This document shows, piece after piece, positions 9,258 to 20,400 of a stretch of DNA of 64,000 bases; position 1 is the stretch's first letter; every line of letters starts with the position of its first letter. A program made the position numbers and the translations under genes. The notes beneath the pieces are model-generated. The model was not told the DNA's origin. It searched no databases and saw only the letters and a program-made list of their open reading frames with translations. Source of the DNA: Candidatus Latescibacterota bacterium (GTDB lineage: Bacteria > Latescibacterota > UBA2968 > UBA8231); contig OZ241889.1 of NCBI GenBank assembly GCA_965203355.1, positions 3,552,001 to 3,616,000 of the forward strand. The letters are read 5' to 3'.

Positions 9258-10812
9258 GAGAAGTAGCCAGCCGGGCGAGTGCCACAGCGTCTGGGCTGAA
9301 GCGGATTTCACGGGCGCGACGCTGGCGCAAAGAGGCGGCCAGTTCCTTAACCGCCGCTTGGAGCTGGTCCGCCGCCCAATCGGCCTCCACCTGTTCGCGG
9401 ATCTCGCTTAGCGGCGGCAGCCGGTCCGAGCGGCGGCTCAATACTTGCAGGACAATATAACCATTATCCGTGGCAAAGGGACCGTGCAAGGTGCCCTCGT
9501 CGGCGCGCAGGGCGCGGCTGACCGGATTATCGCCCGCCAACGCGCCGCTGCCGTAAATCACCTCGACAAAGCGATCCACGAGCTCGGTCGTGTCGCGACC
9601 GGTGCGCATCCGCTCGACAATGGCGGTGCCCTCGGCTTCGTCGCGGGCGAGCAGCCGGCGCACGGCCACCTCGGCCGGCGCGGTGTAGCGGAGCTTGTGC
9701 TCCTCGTAAAACAGGCTCAGACCGTTGGGATTGGGCGGTGGCACCTGCGCTTGTAGCGCGCCCTGCAAACGCCGCGCAAGCTGCATCTGCCGCAGTCGCT
9801 CCAACTCGCGTTGCAGACTCGGATCGGCGGCCAGCGCGAGCCGCGCCGTTTCGAGCGGGACCAACACGTGCCGCCCCACTTCGCGCCGCAGCACTTGCGC
9901 GCCCTCGCCTTGGCCCTTCAGCAGTTCGCGGGCCTGCGCGACCGTTAGCACGCCGCCGTCGTACGCGGCCACGACCGCTGCTGGCGACCCCATCAGCCCA
10001 TCCGGCTCGTAGCGCACATTATAGCGCACGTGCAATGTGTCGTAATAAGCCAAGAGCTGCCGCCCGAGCTGCTCCCGCAGCACCAAGCGCTGGATGGTCT
10101 CCCGCTCTTGCTCAAAACTAACCGGGTGCGCGTCTGTTAGCTTGATGAGAAAGTATCCATCAGCCACTTGCATCGGCTCGGAGATCTCACCGACTTGCAT
10201 GGAAAAGGCCCTTTCGGTTAGCGCGGCGTGCGAGGCCATCGTATCGCCCCAGCGATGGTAGCCCATGTCGGCTTGACGCTCTAGAATCCGCGCGTCTTGC
10301 GAGTGCTGCATCGACAGTTCCTCAAAGTCTGCCCCGGCCGCGAGCGCGGCCAAAATCTCCGGTAACTGCTGCTTTGAGCGCACCATCAGCAGACTAAAGC
10401 GCACGCGGCGGTTGTACGGGCTGCGCTGGAAATAGGCCCGCAGTGCCGCTTCGGCGACTTCGGGCTGCGCGATTCCAGCGCGCTTGTACAGGGCCTGCTG
10501 CACCAGCCGCTCCTGCGTCTGCGCCTGCCATTGGGCAAACTCGGCGCTCGCACCCAAGCCCCGCCGCTCGGCTTCCTGCACCAGCAGCACTTGCTCGACC
10601 AGGGCTTCCAACAACCACTCGGCCCCGTACTCGGCCCGCAATTCCGGGGCTATCCGCGCCGTGAACTGGCGGTAGTCGGCCACCCGAATCGCCGTTGGCC
10701 CCACCTCCACCAAGACGGCATCTTCAGCGGCCAGGGCCGGGCCGTCCTCGGCGCAGCCGCTTAGGCCGGCCAACGCCGAGCACAGCACCGCTCCCAGCCA
10801 ACACTTATTCAT
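9247..10812 (-). CDS. SurA/PrsA-like parvulin (PpiC) peptidyl-prolyl isomerase lipoprotein
   Basis: Lipobox LSGC; GADFEELSMQHSQD...ADMGY...GEISEP...GYFLIK rotamase motif; second degenerate rotamase domain. Confidence 0.8.
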   Translation of the reverse strand: MNKCWLGAVLCSALAGLSGCAEDGPALAAEDAVLVEVGPTAIRVADYRQFTARIAPELRAEYGAEWLLEALVEQVLLVQEAERRGLGASAEFAQWQAQTQERLVQQALYKRAGIAQPEVAEAALRAYFQRSPYNRRVRFSLLMVRSKQQLPEILAALAAGADFEELSMQHSQDARILERQADMGYHRWGDTMASHAALTERAFSMQVGEISEPMQVADGYFLIKLTDAHPVSFEQERETIQRLVLREQLGRQLLAYYDTLHVRYNVRYEPDGLMGSPAAVVAAYDGGVLTVAQARELLKGQGEGAQVLRREVGRHVLVPLETARLALAADPSLQRELERLRQMQLARRLQGALQAQVPPPNPNGLSLFYEEHKLRYTAPAEVAVRRLLARDEAEGTAIVERMRTGRDTTELVDRFVEVIYGSGALAGDNPVSRALRADEGTLHGPFATDNGYIVLQVLSRRSDRLPPLSEIREQVEADWAADQLQAAVKELAASLRQRRAREIRFSPDAVALARLATSHGE

Positions 10813-12175
10813 GTTGCGTGCGCTCTTTCATCTGCTGGATTGCCGTTAGTGCTTGCTTGCTTGCTTCTACCTGGCCGGATTTCAAATACGCCACGGCCAG
10901 CTTCTGCCGGGCGTCGAGCCAGTCCGGCCGGGCCGCCACCGCCACGGTCAGCATCTCAGCAGCTTGGGCGTAGTCTCCAGCGCGTGCGTGTAGCAGCCCC
11001 AAAAAGTAATGCGTCTCCGCGTCTTCCGGTGCTAAGCGGCGCGCCTCCGCCAAAGTGGCTAGCGCTTCGTCAAAACGCTGCAAGCGCAGGTACGCCTGAC
11101 CGAGGTTGTAGTGCGCCTTGGCATAGGCTGGGTCCAAGGCCAGCGCGGCTCGGTACTCGGCGACCGCCTCGGCCAATTGGCCCAAGCGCAGGTACAGGTT
11201 CCCCAAGTTGTTGCGGTAGCGCAAGCTGTCCGGCGCGAGCCGCACGGCCAGCCGATACGCTTCGGCCGCCTCGGTCAAGCGGCCCTGCTCGGTGTACAGC
11301 AGGCCGAGTTGCGCCCGGGCCTCGTGGTCGTCGGGCGCATTGCCCAACATCCGCCGTTGGTCGTCGATTTTGTCGAGCTGTTGGTCGAGCGCCCGGAACT
11401 GAGCCAGCACAGCGGTGCTCTCCGCGCGGCGACCAAGCCGCTTGAGGGCATTGGCCAGCGCAAAGTACGCCTCCTTGGACAAAGAGTCGAGCGCACGGGC
11501 GCGACGGGCCGCGCGTTCAGCGGCCGCGTACTCGCCGCGCTTGAGCTCCACCTGCGCCAGAGCGACGTACGCGGCCGCGTCCGTGCTGTCCAGTTCGACC
11601 GCGTGCAAAAGCGCTTGGGCGGCGCGCTCAAAGTCGAGTTCTTTCAGGCGCGTCCGGCCCAAAAGCCGGTAGAAGGAGGCCTGGGTCGAATCGCGGTCCA
11701 AGCCCGCTTGTAGCAGCGTTTCTACCTCGGCGTACTCGCCGCGCAAGAAATAGATGTAGCCGAGGTCGTAGTACGTCGTCAGATGGCCGGGATCAAACGA
11801 GAGCACCCGGCGGTGTTCGTCAATCGCTTGGGCGTAGTTGAGCTGTTTGACGTACAGGGCCGCGAGGTTGTGCCGCGCCGACACATGCGTCGAGTCCAGC
11901 GCCAATACGCGCTGATAGGCCGCCATAGCACTGGGGTAATCGAGTTGGCGCGCGTAGGCGTTGCCGAGGTTGTAGTGGACTTTGGCCGATCCGGGGGCGA
12001 GCGCGGCGGCCTGCTGGTACGCGTCAATGGCCTCGGTATGGCGCCCGGCGGCCGCGAGCGCGGTGCCGCGCACAAAGAGCACTTCGGCGTCCATGGCCGC
12101 GCCCGGCCGCGCCTTTTCCTTTGTCGCTTCCTCCGCACAGGCGTATAATGCGAGGCAGATTAGCAGCCCCTTCAT
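10805..12175 (-). CDS. TPR-repeat lipoprotein
   Basis: Signal MKGLLICLALYAC; repeated HYNLG/NNLG TPR units; ATG overlaps the upstream TGA. Confidence 0.9.
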   Translation of the reverse strand: MKGLLICLALYACAEEATKEKARPGAAMDAEVLFVRGTALAAAGRHTEAIDAYQQAAALAPGSAKVHYNLGNAYARQLDYPSAMAAYQRVLALDSTHVSARHNLAALYVKQLNYAQAIDEHRRVLSFDPGHLTTYYDLGYIYFLRGEYAEVETLLQAGLDRDSTQASFYRLLGRTRLKELDFERAAQALLHAVELDSTDAAAYVALAQVELKRGEYAAAERAARRARALDSLSKEAYFALANALKRLGRRAESTAVLAQFRALDQQLDKIDDQRRMLGNAPDDHEARAQLGLLYTEQGRLTEAAEAYRLAVRLAPDSLRYRNNLGNLYLRLGQLAEAVAEYRAALALDPAYAKAHYNLGQAYLRLQRFDEALATLAEARRLAPEDAETHYFLGLLHARAGDYAQAAEMLTVAVAARPDWLDARQKLAVAYLKSGQVEASKQALTAIQQMKERTQHE

Positions 12176-13800
12176 CGCGCCGCTCCTTCGACGAGCCAAT
12201 GCTCTTGATTGACGCCTAAATTCTCGTATTGCTCGACCCGGCCACTCGGCCAATAGACGACTACGCGCTCAATGCCGGTGGATGTTCCCAACCCAAAGTG
12301 CAACCGCACATCGCTCTGCGAGAGGTAGCTAGCCCCCGAGCGCACCTCGTCCGTCTGCACCCGCCCGCCGCTGGCGATTTCGACGCGGGCACCAATGCCA
12401 GCGCGGTTGCTGTCGCGGCCCGTCAGCCGCAGGCGCACCCAGTGGCCGTGCGCGCCGTCATTGCGCATCAAGGTCGGCGCAGCCGCGACATTCGCGACCA
12501 GCACGTCCATGTCGCCATCGTCGTCGTAGTCGCCAAAAGCCGCGCCGCGACTGACCCGTTTCAACGACAGGGCACCCCGGTCGGCAGCGCATTCCTCAAA
12601 GCGGCCGTCGCCCCTATTGAGAAAGAGCTGATTGCGCTGCGGAAAGGTCGCGTTCTCGTATTGCTCGACATCGCTTTCCAAGTGGCCATTGGCGACGAAA
12701 AGATCGCGGTCGCCGTCGTTGTCCGCATCGAAAAAGCGCGTGCCCCACGCCAAGTAAGCAATGCTACTCTTGCCCAACCCGGCGAGAAACGTTTCATCGA
12801 CAAAGGTGCCATCGCCGAGATTCTTGTACAGCGTGTTGGTCTCCCACTGAAAGTTCGTGACGAAAAGGTCGGGATCGCCGTCGTTGTCGTAGTCGCCCAT
12901 GTCAACGCCCATGCCCGCTTCGACATCGCCGTCCTCGTTGTACGCCACGCCGGCCAACAGCGCTGCTTCGGCAAAGTGGCCCGTGCCGTCGTTGAGATAC
13001 AAAAAGTTCAAGGTCTTGTCGTTGGCCAGGTAGAGGTCGGGATCGCCATCGCGGTCCACGTCGCCGAAGACCACGCCGAGCTCCTTGCCCTCGGCACTGC
13101 CCAGCCCGGCCGCGGTCGTGATGTCGGCAAACGTGCCATCGCCCTCGTTCCGATACAACACATCGGACATCCCATCAAAGGCCTCCGGGCCGCAGTAGAG
13201 TTGCAGCCCGCTGCCCCCCTCGGCGCAGACGCGGTGATTGGCATAGGAAAAGTCGTGGTAGTTGCCCACGTACAAATCGACGAAACCGTCGCGGTCAATG
13301 TCGGCAAACGCGGCACTCGCCCCCCAGCCCTCGTCGCCGACTTGGGCCGCGGCCGTGACGTCGGCAAACGTGCCATCGCCCTCGTTCCGATACAGCACAT
13401 TAGCCCCGAAGTTGGTCGCGTACAAATCGAGATCGCCGTCGTTGTCCACGTCGCCGACCGCGCAGCCCATGCCGTAGCCGGTGTCGCCGACCCCAGCGAA
13501 CTCGGTCACATCGGCGAAGGTGCCATCGCCGCGATTGTGGTAGAGCGCGTTTTGCGGCGCTGGATCGTATTCGGTCCCGGGCACAGCAGCGCCGTTGATT
13601 AGATAAACGTCGAGGCGACCGTCGCCGTCGTAATCGAAAAAACCGCCGCCCGGACCAACCGTTTCAATGACGAATTTCTGACCGTTGGCTCCATTGACGT
13701 GGACGAAGTCGATGCCCGCTTCTTGGGTAGCGTCGTGGAAGCGGGGATTGGCGTACATGGGGACAGATGAAAACAGTAGCAGCAGAAAAAACTTGAGCAT
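12172..13800 (-). CDS. CRTAC1-family protein (FG-GAP repeats + ASPIC/UnbV domain)
   Basis: Signal peptide; repeated DxDxDGxxDL motifs; C-terminal GIGARV...SYLSQ...HFGLG...WPSG. Confidence 0.92.
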   Translation of the reverse strand: MLKFFLLLLFSSVPMYANPRFHDATQEAGIDFVHVNGANGQKFVIETVGPGGGFFDYDGDGRLDVYLINGAAVPGTEYDPAPQNALYHNRGDGTFADVTEFAGVGDTGYGMGCAVGDVDNDGDLDLYATNFGANVLYRNEGDGTFADVTAAAQVGDEGWGASAAFADIDRDGFVDLYVGNYHDFSYANHRVCAEGGSGLQLYCGPEAFDGMSDVLYRNEGDGTFADITTAAGLGSAEGKELGVVFGDVDRDGDPDLYLANDKTLNFLYLNDGTGHFAEAALLAGVAYNEDGDVEAGMGVDMGDYDNDGDPDLFVTNFQWETNTLYKNLGDGTFVDETFLAGLGKSSIAYLAWGTRFFDADNDGDRDLFVANGHLESDVEQYENATFPQRNQLFLNRGDGRFEECAADRGALSLKRVSRGAAFGDYDDDGDMDVLVANVAAAPTLMRNDGAHGHWVRLRLTGRDSNRAGIGARVEIASGGRVQTDEVRSGASYLSQSDVRLHFGLGTSTGIERVVVYWPSGRVEQYENLGVNQEHWLVEGAAR

Positions 13801-13816
13801 TTGATCGATGAGGTGC

Positions 13817-14083
13817 CTAGGGAAAGTGTTGGTAAAAATCTCGGCGCGACAAACAGCGGACGAAAGTTACGGTATTTTCGTTGAGTTGAAGGCCGAGCCT
13901 GTAACTGCCAACCCGAAATCGAAAACAATTGTCAAAACCGCTGATCTTGCGGACGTTATTTGCTTTTGTAAGGTCATTCACCCGCTCGATTTGCTCGATC
14001 GCCGTCCTAATACGCTCTTTAATAGATGGATCGCGGATCCGTCTGAGATCTCTGGTGAAGCTGTTACTAAACTCGAATTTCAA
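13817..14083 (-). CDS. relE: RelE/ParE-family type II toxin
   Basis: 88 aa basic protein: F.RDLRRI...KISG...FRFRVGSYRLG...RRDFY. Confidence 0.85.
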   Translation of the reverse strand: MKFEFSNSFTRDLRRIRDPSIKERIRTAIEQIERVNDLTKANNVRKISGFDNCFRFRVGSYRLGLQLNENTVTFVRCLSRRDFYQHFP

Positions 14084-14883
14084 GTTTTAATACTCGATCT
14101 CCTAAAATTTTAAACACCTGCTCTCTAGAGGCTCGTCCCGTTTCTTCGCCCTCTTTAATTGCATTTACCAGAGCAATATCTTCAAGAGCTTCCAAAAGTT
14201 TTTTCACGTCTTGGACGAACTCTCTCGCAAATTCTTTCCTTTTCTTTGGTGTCGACAGCCGCTTGAGTTTTTCCTTGGTGGGGTTGTACAGATTTAGATT
14301 TTTATCGACATATATCCACCAAGGATATCGACAACACTTGTCGTCTTCACTGCTCATGTGCTTCAATCCCCTCTTGAACATGGCGTACGAGTCTCTATGT
14401 TCCTCTTGGGGACAATAAACCCCGAACCAGAGGCATCCTTTGTCCTCTCCAATGTCGAGCGAACCAGCTTTACTCAATTCGTAGGATCGGCTTACATTAT
14501 CTCTATCTATTTGATCGGCTGGAATGGGTCTAAGTTCGGGAATCTCCGATTGCAGCAATTTCAGTTCAGAGTCAATTTCTTGCCAGAGTTTCTCGCGCAG
14601 TTCTGACACCACTTCATCCCAAGCCTCATGCAAGTCGCGGATGAGCACGAGATTGTTACTCTCCAAACAGAGCTTCTTTAAGTCATCCATATATTTCCTC
14701 CGGTAATCTGTGTCTGTCAGCTTTCGGACAAGCCGTAAGTATTGCGCGATCGACTCCCGCAATTCGGGTTCGTCGCAGGCGAGTTTTTGGCAACAAAACG
14801 TTGAAGGGCTCCGGTCGCCCGACCTCATACTTTTTGTAAAGCTGATCCGCTTCTTCTAATAAGTTGTGGTAATTATCGTTCAT
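14067..14883 (-). pseudogene. Internally deleted, frameshifted PD-(D/E)XK-superfamily nuclease gene whose 3' end runs into an antitoxin-like tail
   Basis: N-terminus MNDNYHNLLEEA...PEPFNV (RBS AAGGA upstream) joins out of frame near 14797 to CQKLACDEPELRESIAQYL. It ends LEDIALVNAIKEGEETGRASREQVFKIL and overlaps the relE start. Confidence 0.55.
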
Positions 14884-15037
14884 GTCTCATCCTTTTGGGA
14901 ACTACTATTCAACCTAACTATGCGAATCTCAGGCGTCAAAGGTTCTCAGCGGATCCAACGCCGCGGCGCGGATGGCGTCGGGAAAGTCACAAGCAGTCCT
15001 AAACAGCGTGTAGAAATGGGACCATGTCGCTACGGCG

Positions 15038-17476
15038 TCAAAAATCCCGCAGTGCCACCGGCCAGACCTCGGCCGCAATCGGCGGGCGCGGATGAGCAGC
15101 CGAAGGAGCGGCGCCCCAATAGCGTGCGCCAATAAAGCTAAAGGCCGCATACCACAGCAACGCAACCAAAAGCAGCGCAACCAACGGCCAACGGCCAGCG
15201 GCGGACGGACGGCTTACCTCCGCGCCTGAAGGCGCCCGGCGACTGCCCAACAAGAGTGCCACACCCACCCCCGCATACGCGGCCGCGCCGACCACCAGCG
15301 ATGCGCGCGCACCCAACTCCATGCCCAAAGCTACGGCTCCGACCGAGCCGAGTACCGAAAAGAAGCCGTTGACAGCCCACAACCAAGGAACGATCCCCGC
15401 GCATTGCGAACCACCCAAGCGCAGGCCGGCCGGGAAACAAGTGCCCAGCAACATGCCGAGCGGCGCGACGAGAGCCAGCGTCAACCCGACCCGCCCAGCC
15501 AGCGGCCACGCCAACGCCCCAGCGAGTACCCCATCGAGCAAGAACCCATAGAGATAGACGACGAGGCCGACCCCCACGCCGACCCAGCCCAACCCCCGAG
15601 GATGCGCGAGCGGGCGGCACCACCCACCCGCGAGGCTCCCCACGCCAGTGCCCAACAACAGCCCGAAGAGCGCCACGGCCAGCGTCAAGGTCGGATAGCC
15701 AAGAAACAGGCTAAAGCGCTGCAAAAGATGGATCTCGACCATCATAAAGCCAGTGCCCAATCCAGCGGCGAACAACGCCCACAGCAGCGGCGGCAGCCCA
15801 GACGCGCTCCGCACGCGCATACTCGGCACCCCAAGCGGCAAAAACATCACCAGCGCACACGCCAACAACGCGCCAATCAACAGCCGGTTCAGCTTGGGAT
15901 CCAGCCCGCGAGTCGCGTCGTAAAAGAAGGGCCGGTCGTCGGTCGTCGGCGAAATGTCGAGCGCGGATGCGGCGACAAAGTCCGCGATGGTAGCGCCGCG
16001 CAACGCCGCCAGCGCAGGTCGCTCATTCCTGCCGGGCGAGAAATACGCTTCTAAACCCAACTCCTCCATCGCTGCGTGTAGGCGCGCCAACTGCCCGGCC
16101 GTATAGGGCTGCTGCTGCACCAGCAACAAGGGGCGGTGCGCTTCTTGTCGCGCTGGATCGCCGCGCGTACCGTTGACGACGACGAGGTGGTCGAGGACCG
16201 CACTTGGCGCGTGGCCGCGCTCTTCCCACAGGGCGCCTAAGGTAGCGACGACGCGCAACATCAGCGCGTGATTGTGCACGACGAGCGCCAAGCGCCCTCC
16301 CTCGGCGAGGTGATCGAGATAAGCGGCAAACGCCTCGCGGGTGAACAGGTAGTTCTCGGAGAGCGCATACCCGACCAAATCGGCCGCTTCGGCATACACC
16401 AAGGGCAGGGCGATAAGATCGTAACGCGCGCGAGAACGCTCCAAGTAGTTGCGGCCATCGCCGATGTGCAACTCCACGCCCTCCAAGTCGTACAAATGAC
16501 CGTTGTATTCTCCATAGGAGCGGACCAGGGCGGCAATCGCTGGATTGATCTCTACGGCTTCGATATGCCGCCAGCCGGTCATCAGCGCGTACAGCACGTC
16601 AGCCCCACCGCCCGGGCCGATAATCAGGGCGCGGGCGCGGCGCGAAAAGTAATAGGGGAAAAACGCGGCCTCGCGGCGCACGAAAAACAGCCGCCGATAA
16701 TCCCCGGGGAAGCGAAACATGTAAGATCCGGCCCCGCCATCTACGTACAAGTTCAGGCCCGTGTCGCCCGTGCGATCGACTAAATCGGTGCACGCGTAGG
16801 CACTCCAGCGCGTGGCTTGCACGGTCCCGCGATGATGCGCCGCCGCCAAGGCGCGGAACATCGGCTTGTCGGCCGCCTCGGCCAAGGCATTGAGATCGAT
16901 GAGTTCGCCGGGTTGGCTGCCATAGACGACCAGGCCGGCCGCTAAAACAAGGGGCCCGGCCCAGGCCCAGCGGGCCAAAAAGAAAGCCGCGGCCACCAGC
17001 GCAAAGACGCTTGCGCCCAATAGGACCCCAACGCCGCCCAGCCATTCGAGGGCCGGCACGGCGTACAGGATCCCGCAAGCGGCCCCCACCAAGTCCCAAA
17101 AGTAGAGCATGGAGCTCTGTTGGTAACGCGCCCGGAAAGCAACGGCCAGGAAGGCCCCAGCGGCTAGGAAGGGGAGGCCGGCGATGCCCAGCAGCAGCAG
17201 CAGCACCATGCGAGGGAATTGCGCTACGGCCAACGCACCGCCGATCATGCTGACGCCGCAGCCGACCGCCCAATGGCCCAAGTGCTCTTCCCGCACCCGC
17301 AGCACCGCACTCAGCCCAGCCCCCAGCCCCAAGCCGCACACCGCTCCTGAGACCACGAGAAACGTGTAGTGATAGTGCTGCAAAAAGGAGAACAGCCGGA
17401 CGAGACCGATTTCATAGCCGACGACCGCGGCCGCCACCAACCCCACGCCGAGTTGAAGCCGCCGCTCAGCGCTCAC
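15038..17476 (-). CDS. Membrane-embedded spermidine-synthase-like class I SAM-dependent transferase
   Basis: N- and C-terminal TM bundles flank LIIGPGGGAD, VEINP, DGR.YL, ENYLFTREAF and TDDRPFF. GTG start at 17476 overlaps the upstream stop. Confidence 0.82.
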   Translation of the reverse strand: MSAERRLQLGVGLVAAAVVGYEIGLVRLFSFLQHYHYTFLVVSGAVCGLGLGAGLSAVLRVREEHLGHWAVGCGVSMIGGALAVAQFPRMVLLLLLGIAGLPFLAAGAFLAVAFRARYQQSSMLYFWDLVGAACGILYAVPALEWLGGVGVLLGASVFALVAAAFFLARWAWAGPLVLAAGLVVYGSQPGELIDLNALAEAADKPMFRALAAAHHRGTVQATRWSAYACTDLVDRTGDTGLNLYVDGGAGSYMFRFPGDYRRLFFVRREAAFFPYYFSRRARALIIGPGGGADVLYALMTGWRHIEAVEINPAIAALVRSYGEYNGHLYDLEGVELHIGDGRNYLERSRARYDLIALPLVYAEAADLVGYALSENYLFTREAFAAYLDHLAEGGRLALVVHNHALMLRVVATLGALWEERGHAPSAVLDHLVVVNGTRGDPARQEAHRPLLLVQQQPYTAGQLARLHAAMEELGLEAYFSPGRNERPALAALRGATIADFVAASALDISPTTDDRPFFYDATRGLDPKLNRLLIGALLACALVMFLPLGVPSMRVRSASGLPPLLWALFAAGLGTGFMMVEIHLLQRFSLFLGYPTLTLAVALFGLLLGTGVGSLAGGWCRPLAHPRGLGWVGVGVGLVVYLYGFLLDGVLAGALAWPLAGRVGLTLALVAPLGMLLGTCFPAGLRLGGSQCAGIVPWLWAVNGFFSVLGSVGAVALGMELGARASLVVGAAAYAGVGVALLLGSRRAPSGAEVSRPSAAGRWPLVALLLVALLWYAAFSFIGARYWGAAPSAAHPRPPIAAEVWPVALRDF

Positions 17477-20400
17477 CGTGAGCCTCGCGCTGACGCAGCT
17501 GGGCGAGCATCTGCCGCGCCTTGCTGTGTTCGGGATCGGCTTCGACTGCGCGCGTAAACGCCGCCACCGCTTGCTCCTGCTCACCGGCCAACAGGTACGC
17601 GTTGCCCAAGTTGTAGTGGGCGCGGGCGTAGTGGGGATCGCGGCGCAACACCTCTCGGTACGCCGCAATGGCCAACCCCAATGCGCGGCCGCGGAGATAG
17701 ATGTTGCCCAAATTGTTGCGGGCGTCGAGATGATCCGGCGCCACGGCCAAGGCCGCTTGGTACGCTTGACTAGCGGCCTCGTGGCGGCCAATCCGCGCAT
17801 AGACCGCACCCAGCTTGTAATACGCGGCCGCATCGTTGGGATTGAGCACTACGGCCGTTTTGTGAGCCAGCAACTTTTCATGCTCCTGCTGCAAGGCGTG
17901 GAAATAGTCGAGCAGTTTGCGGCCGCGCACCTCCTCACCGCGCCGCAACAGGGCCTGACCCAAGTGGTAGTACACTTCCGCGCGATCTGGATCCGCCGCT
18001 AAGGCCCGCTGCAACAGGGGGATGGCCGCGGCGTCTTCGCCCTCCTGCAAAAGCAGGATCCCCAGCCGACCCAAAAGCGCGGCACTATTCGGGGCGTGTT
18101 CCAACCCCTGCTGCAAAGCGGTGCGCGCGGCAGCCGCTTCCTCGCGCGCCATCCAGATCTGCGCCGTCAGTTCGCGGGCCTCAGTACGCGCTGGCTGCAC
18201 TTGTACCACCCCATCGAGTTGGGCGAGCGCGTCTTCGTATTGCGCTTGGACAAAATAGATCCGCGCCAGTTGCAGCATGAGCTCAACTTCCCCGGGCAAA
18301 GCGGCGAGCCCCCGCCGCAAAACAGCGATGGCCAAGCCATAGTCCGTCTGCCGGGCGTGCAAGCCAGCCAAGTTGAAATAGGCTTGGAGATAACGCGGCT
18401 GCCGCGCAATGGCCCGCTCGTAGCGTGGCACGGCCGCGGCCAAACGCTGTTGGCTAAGGTGGATGTTGCCCAGCACGTAGTGCGGCTCGGCCAAGGTGCT
18501 GTCGAGCGAGATCGCTTGGCTCAGCGCGGTGACGGCTCGTTCTAGCGCCCCGCGATCGGCGTAGAGCTTCCCCAAGCCCACGTAGGCTTGGGCGGCGCCC
18601 GCGTCGAGTTGCAAGGCGCGGCCATAAGCCGCCTCGGCCTCGTCGTACGCACGCTCGCGCACCAGCCCGGCCGCCAGTTCAATGTGGACATCGGCGCCGG
18701 CCGGGCGGGCACGCGCGGCGGCGCGCAACTCGGACAGCGGGGCGGCGGGCGGCCGCGCTATCCGCGTCTTTTCCGGCAGGACCAAAGGCGCTTGCCGCCA
18801 GAATTGCTCCAGATGCTCGGCCGGGCGGCCTTGGGGCGCGGCCACCGCGACCGCCGCGTCAGCCGCCGGGCGCGGTGCGCTCACCTCCGGCTCGACGACC
18901 CGCAGCACCTGCCCGGCCCTCACCTCCGTCAAAACTTGGCGAATGCCCGATGGCCACGCGATCGCCACCTGCTCGGCCTCCTCACTCGACCCCAACCCAA
19001 AAAACAGGCGCGCGTCGTTTTGCGACAAATAGCTCGCCGCACTGCGCTTTTCCTGCACCAGCGTCCGGCCATGGACGCGCACCATCACGCGCGCACCGTA
19101 CCCATCGCGGTTGCTCGTCCGCCCGGCTAGCATGAGCGCTAGGTAATGCCCGGCTTGGGTGTCGTTGCGCCAAAGCAGGGCGCGCTGCCCGGTGTTGAGC
19201 AAAAAAATATCCAAGTCGCCGTCGTTGTCGTAATCGGCCACGGCCGAGCCGCGCCCGACCAAATCCCGCGTCGGCGCGGCCACGCCAGCCGCCTTACTCA
19301 CCTCGGTAAAGCGGCCGCGACCATCGTTGAGATACAACTGATCAGGCTGGCCGTACGCGGCCTGCGGGTCAAATTGGTCGATGTCTTCGTCGATGTGGCC
19401 ATTCGCCACGTAGAGATCCGGGTCGCCGTCGTTGTCCGCGTCGAGGAAGCTGATGCCAAAGGCCAGCTTGTCCAAGCTGTTGGCCGCTAGGCCTGCGGCC
19501 AGCGATTCGTCGGCAAACATCCCGCCGCCCGCGTTGTGGTACAGGGTGTTACTTTCCCATTGGAAATTGGTCATCGCCAAGTCGAGGCGGCCATCGCCGT
19601 CGCCATCGGCCACATCCACGCCCATCGTTCCCTCGGGCTTGCCGCCGCTGTTGTACGCCACGCCGGCCACCAACCCCACTTCGGCAAAATGGCCGCCATC
19701 GTTGCGCCAGAGAAAATTGGGCGTGGCGTCGTTGCCTTGAAACAAATCCGGATCGCCGTCGAGATCGCAGTCGAAAAACACAGCACCCAACTCGCGGCCT
19801 TCGCGCGTGAGCAGCCCGGCCGCTTGGGTAACATCCACAAAGCGGCCGCCATCGTTGCGCCAGAGCACATTCCGCTCCCCCGGGTATTCAGTGGGGGCCA
19901 AGTGCCGCCGCGGCCAGCGCAGGGTTCCGCCCGCACTCAACTCGCCGCGCTCAAACTCGTAGCGTAGATAATTCGCCACGTACAGGTCTAAGTCGCCGTC
20001 GAGATCCCAATCGACAAACGACGATCCAGTCGACCACCGCTCGTCCGCTCCAATCCCCACCGCCGCCGTCACATCCGCAAAAGCCCAAGCCCGCGCCAGC
20101 CCTTCGTTGCGATAGAGTCGGTTGCGGCCAAAGTTGGCGACGAAGAGGTCGGCATCGCCGTCGTTGTCGTAGTCCCCGGCCGACGCGCCCATGCCGTAGC
20201 CCGCGTCCGCCACCCCGAGGCTGGCGCCGCGCTCGGCAAAGTGCCCGCGGTCGTTGCGATACAGCGCGTTTTGCGGCGGCACCGCCGAGACGTAGCCGGG
20301 CAAATCCGCCCCGTTCACCACGTACAAATCCATCCACCCGTCGCGGTTGTAATCGAAAAACGCCGCGCCCGAACCAATCGTCTCCACCCCGTATTTGCGC

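Noticed and set aside
14929-15180. 83-aa minus-strand ORF at the insert edge
   Set aside because: Mostly overlaps the transferase 3' end; the free part may be a gene remnant but I cannot assign it.
15038-17833. Extended starts in the ORF track (17833, 12253, 33069, 44168, 52803, 58236)
   Set aside because: Extensions overlap neighbouring genes or lack an RBS; downstream starts give signal peptides or translational coupling.
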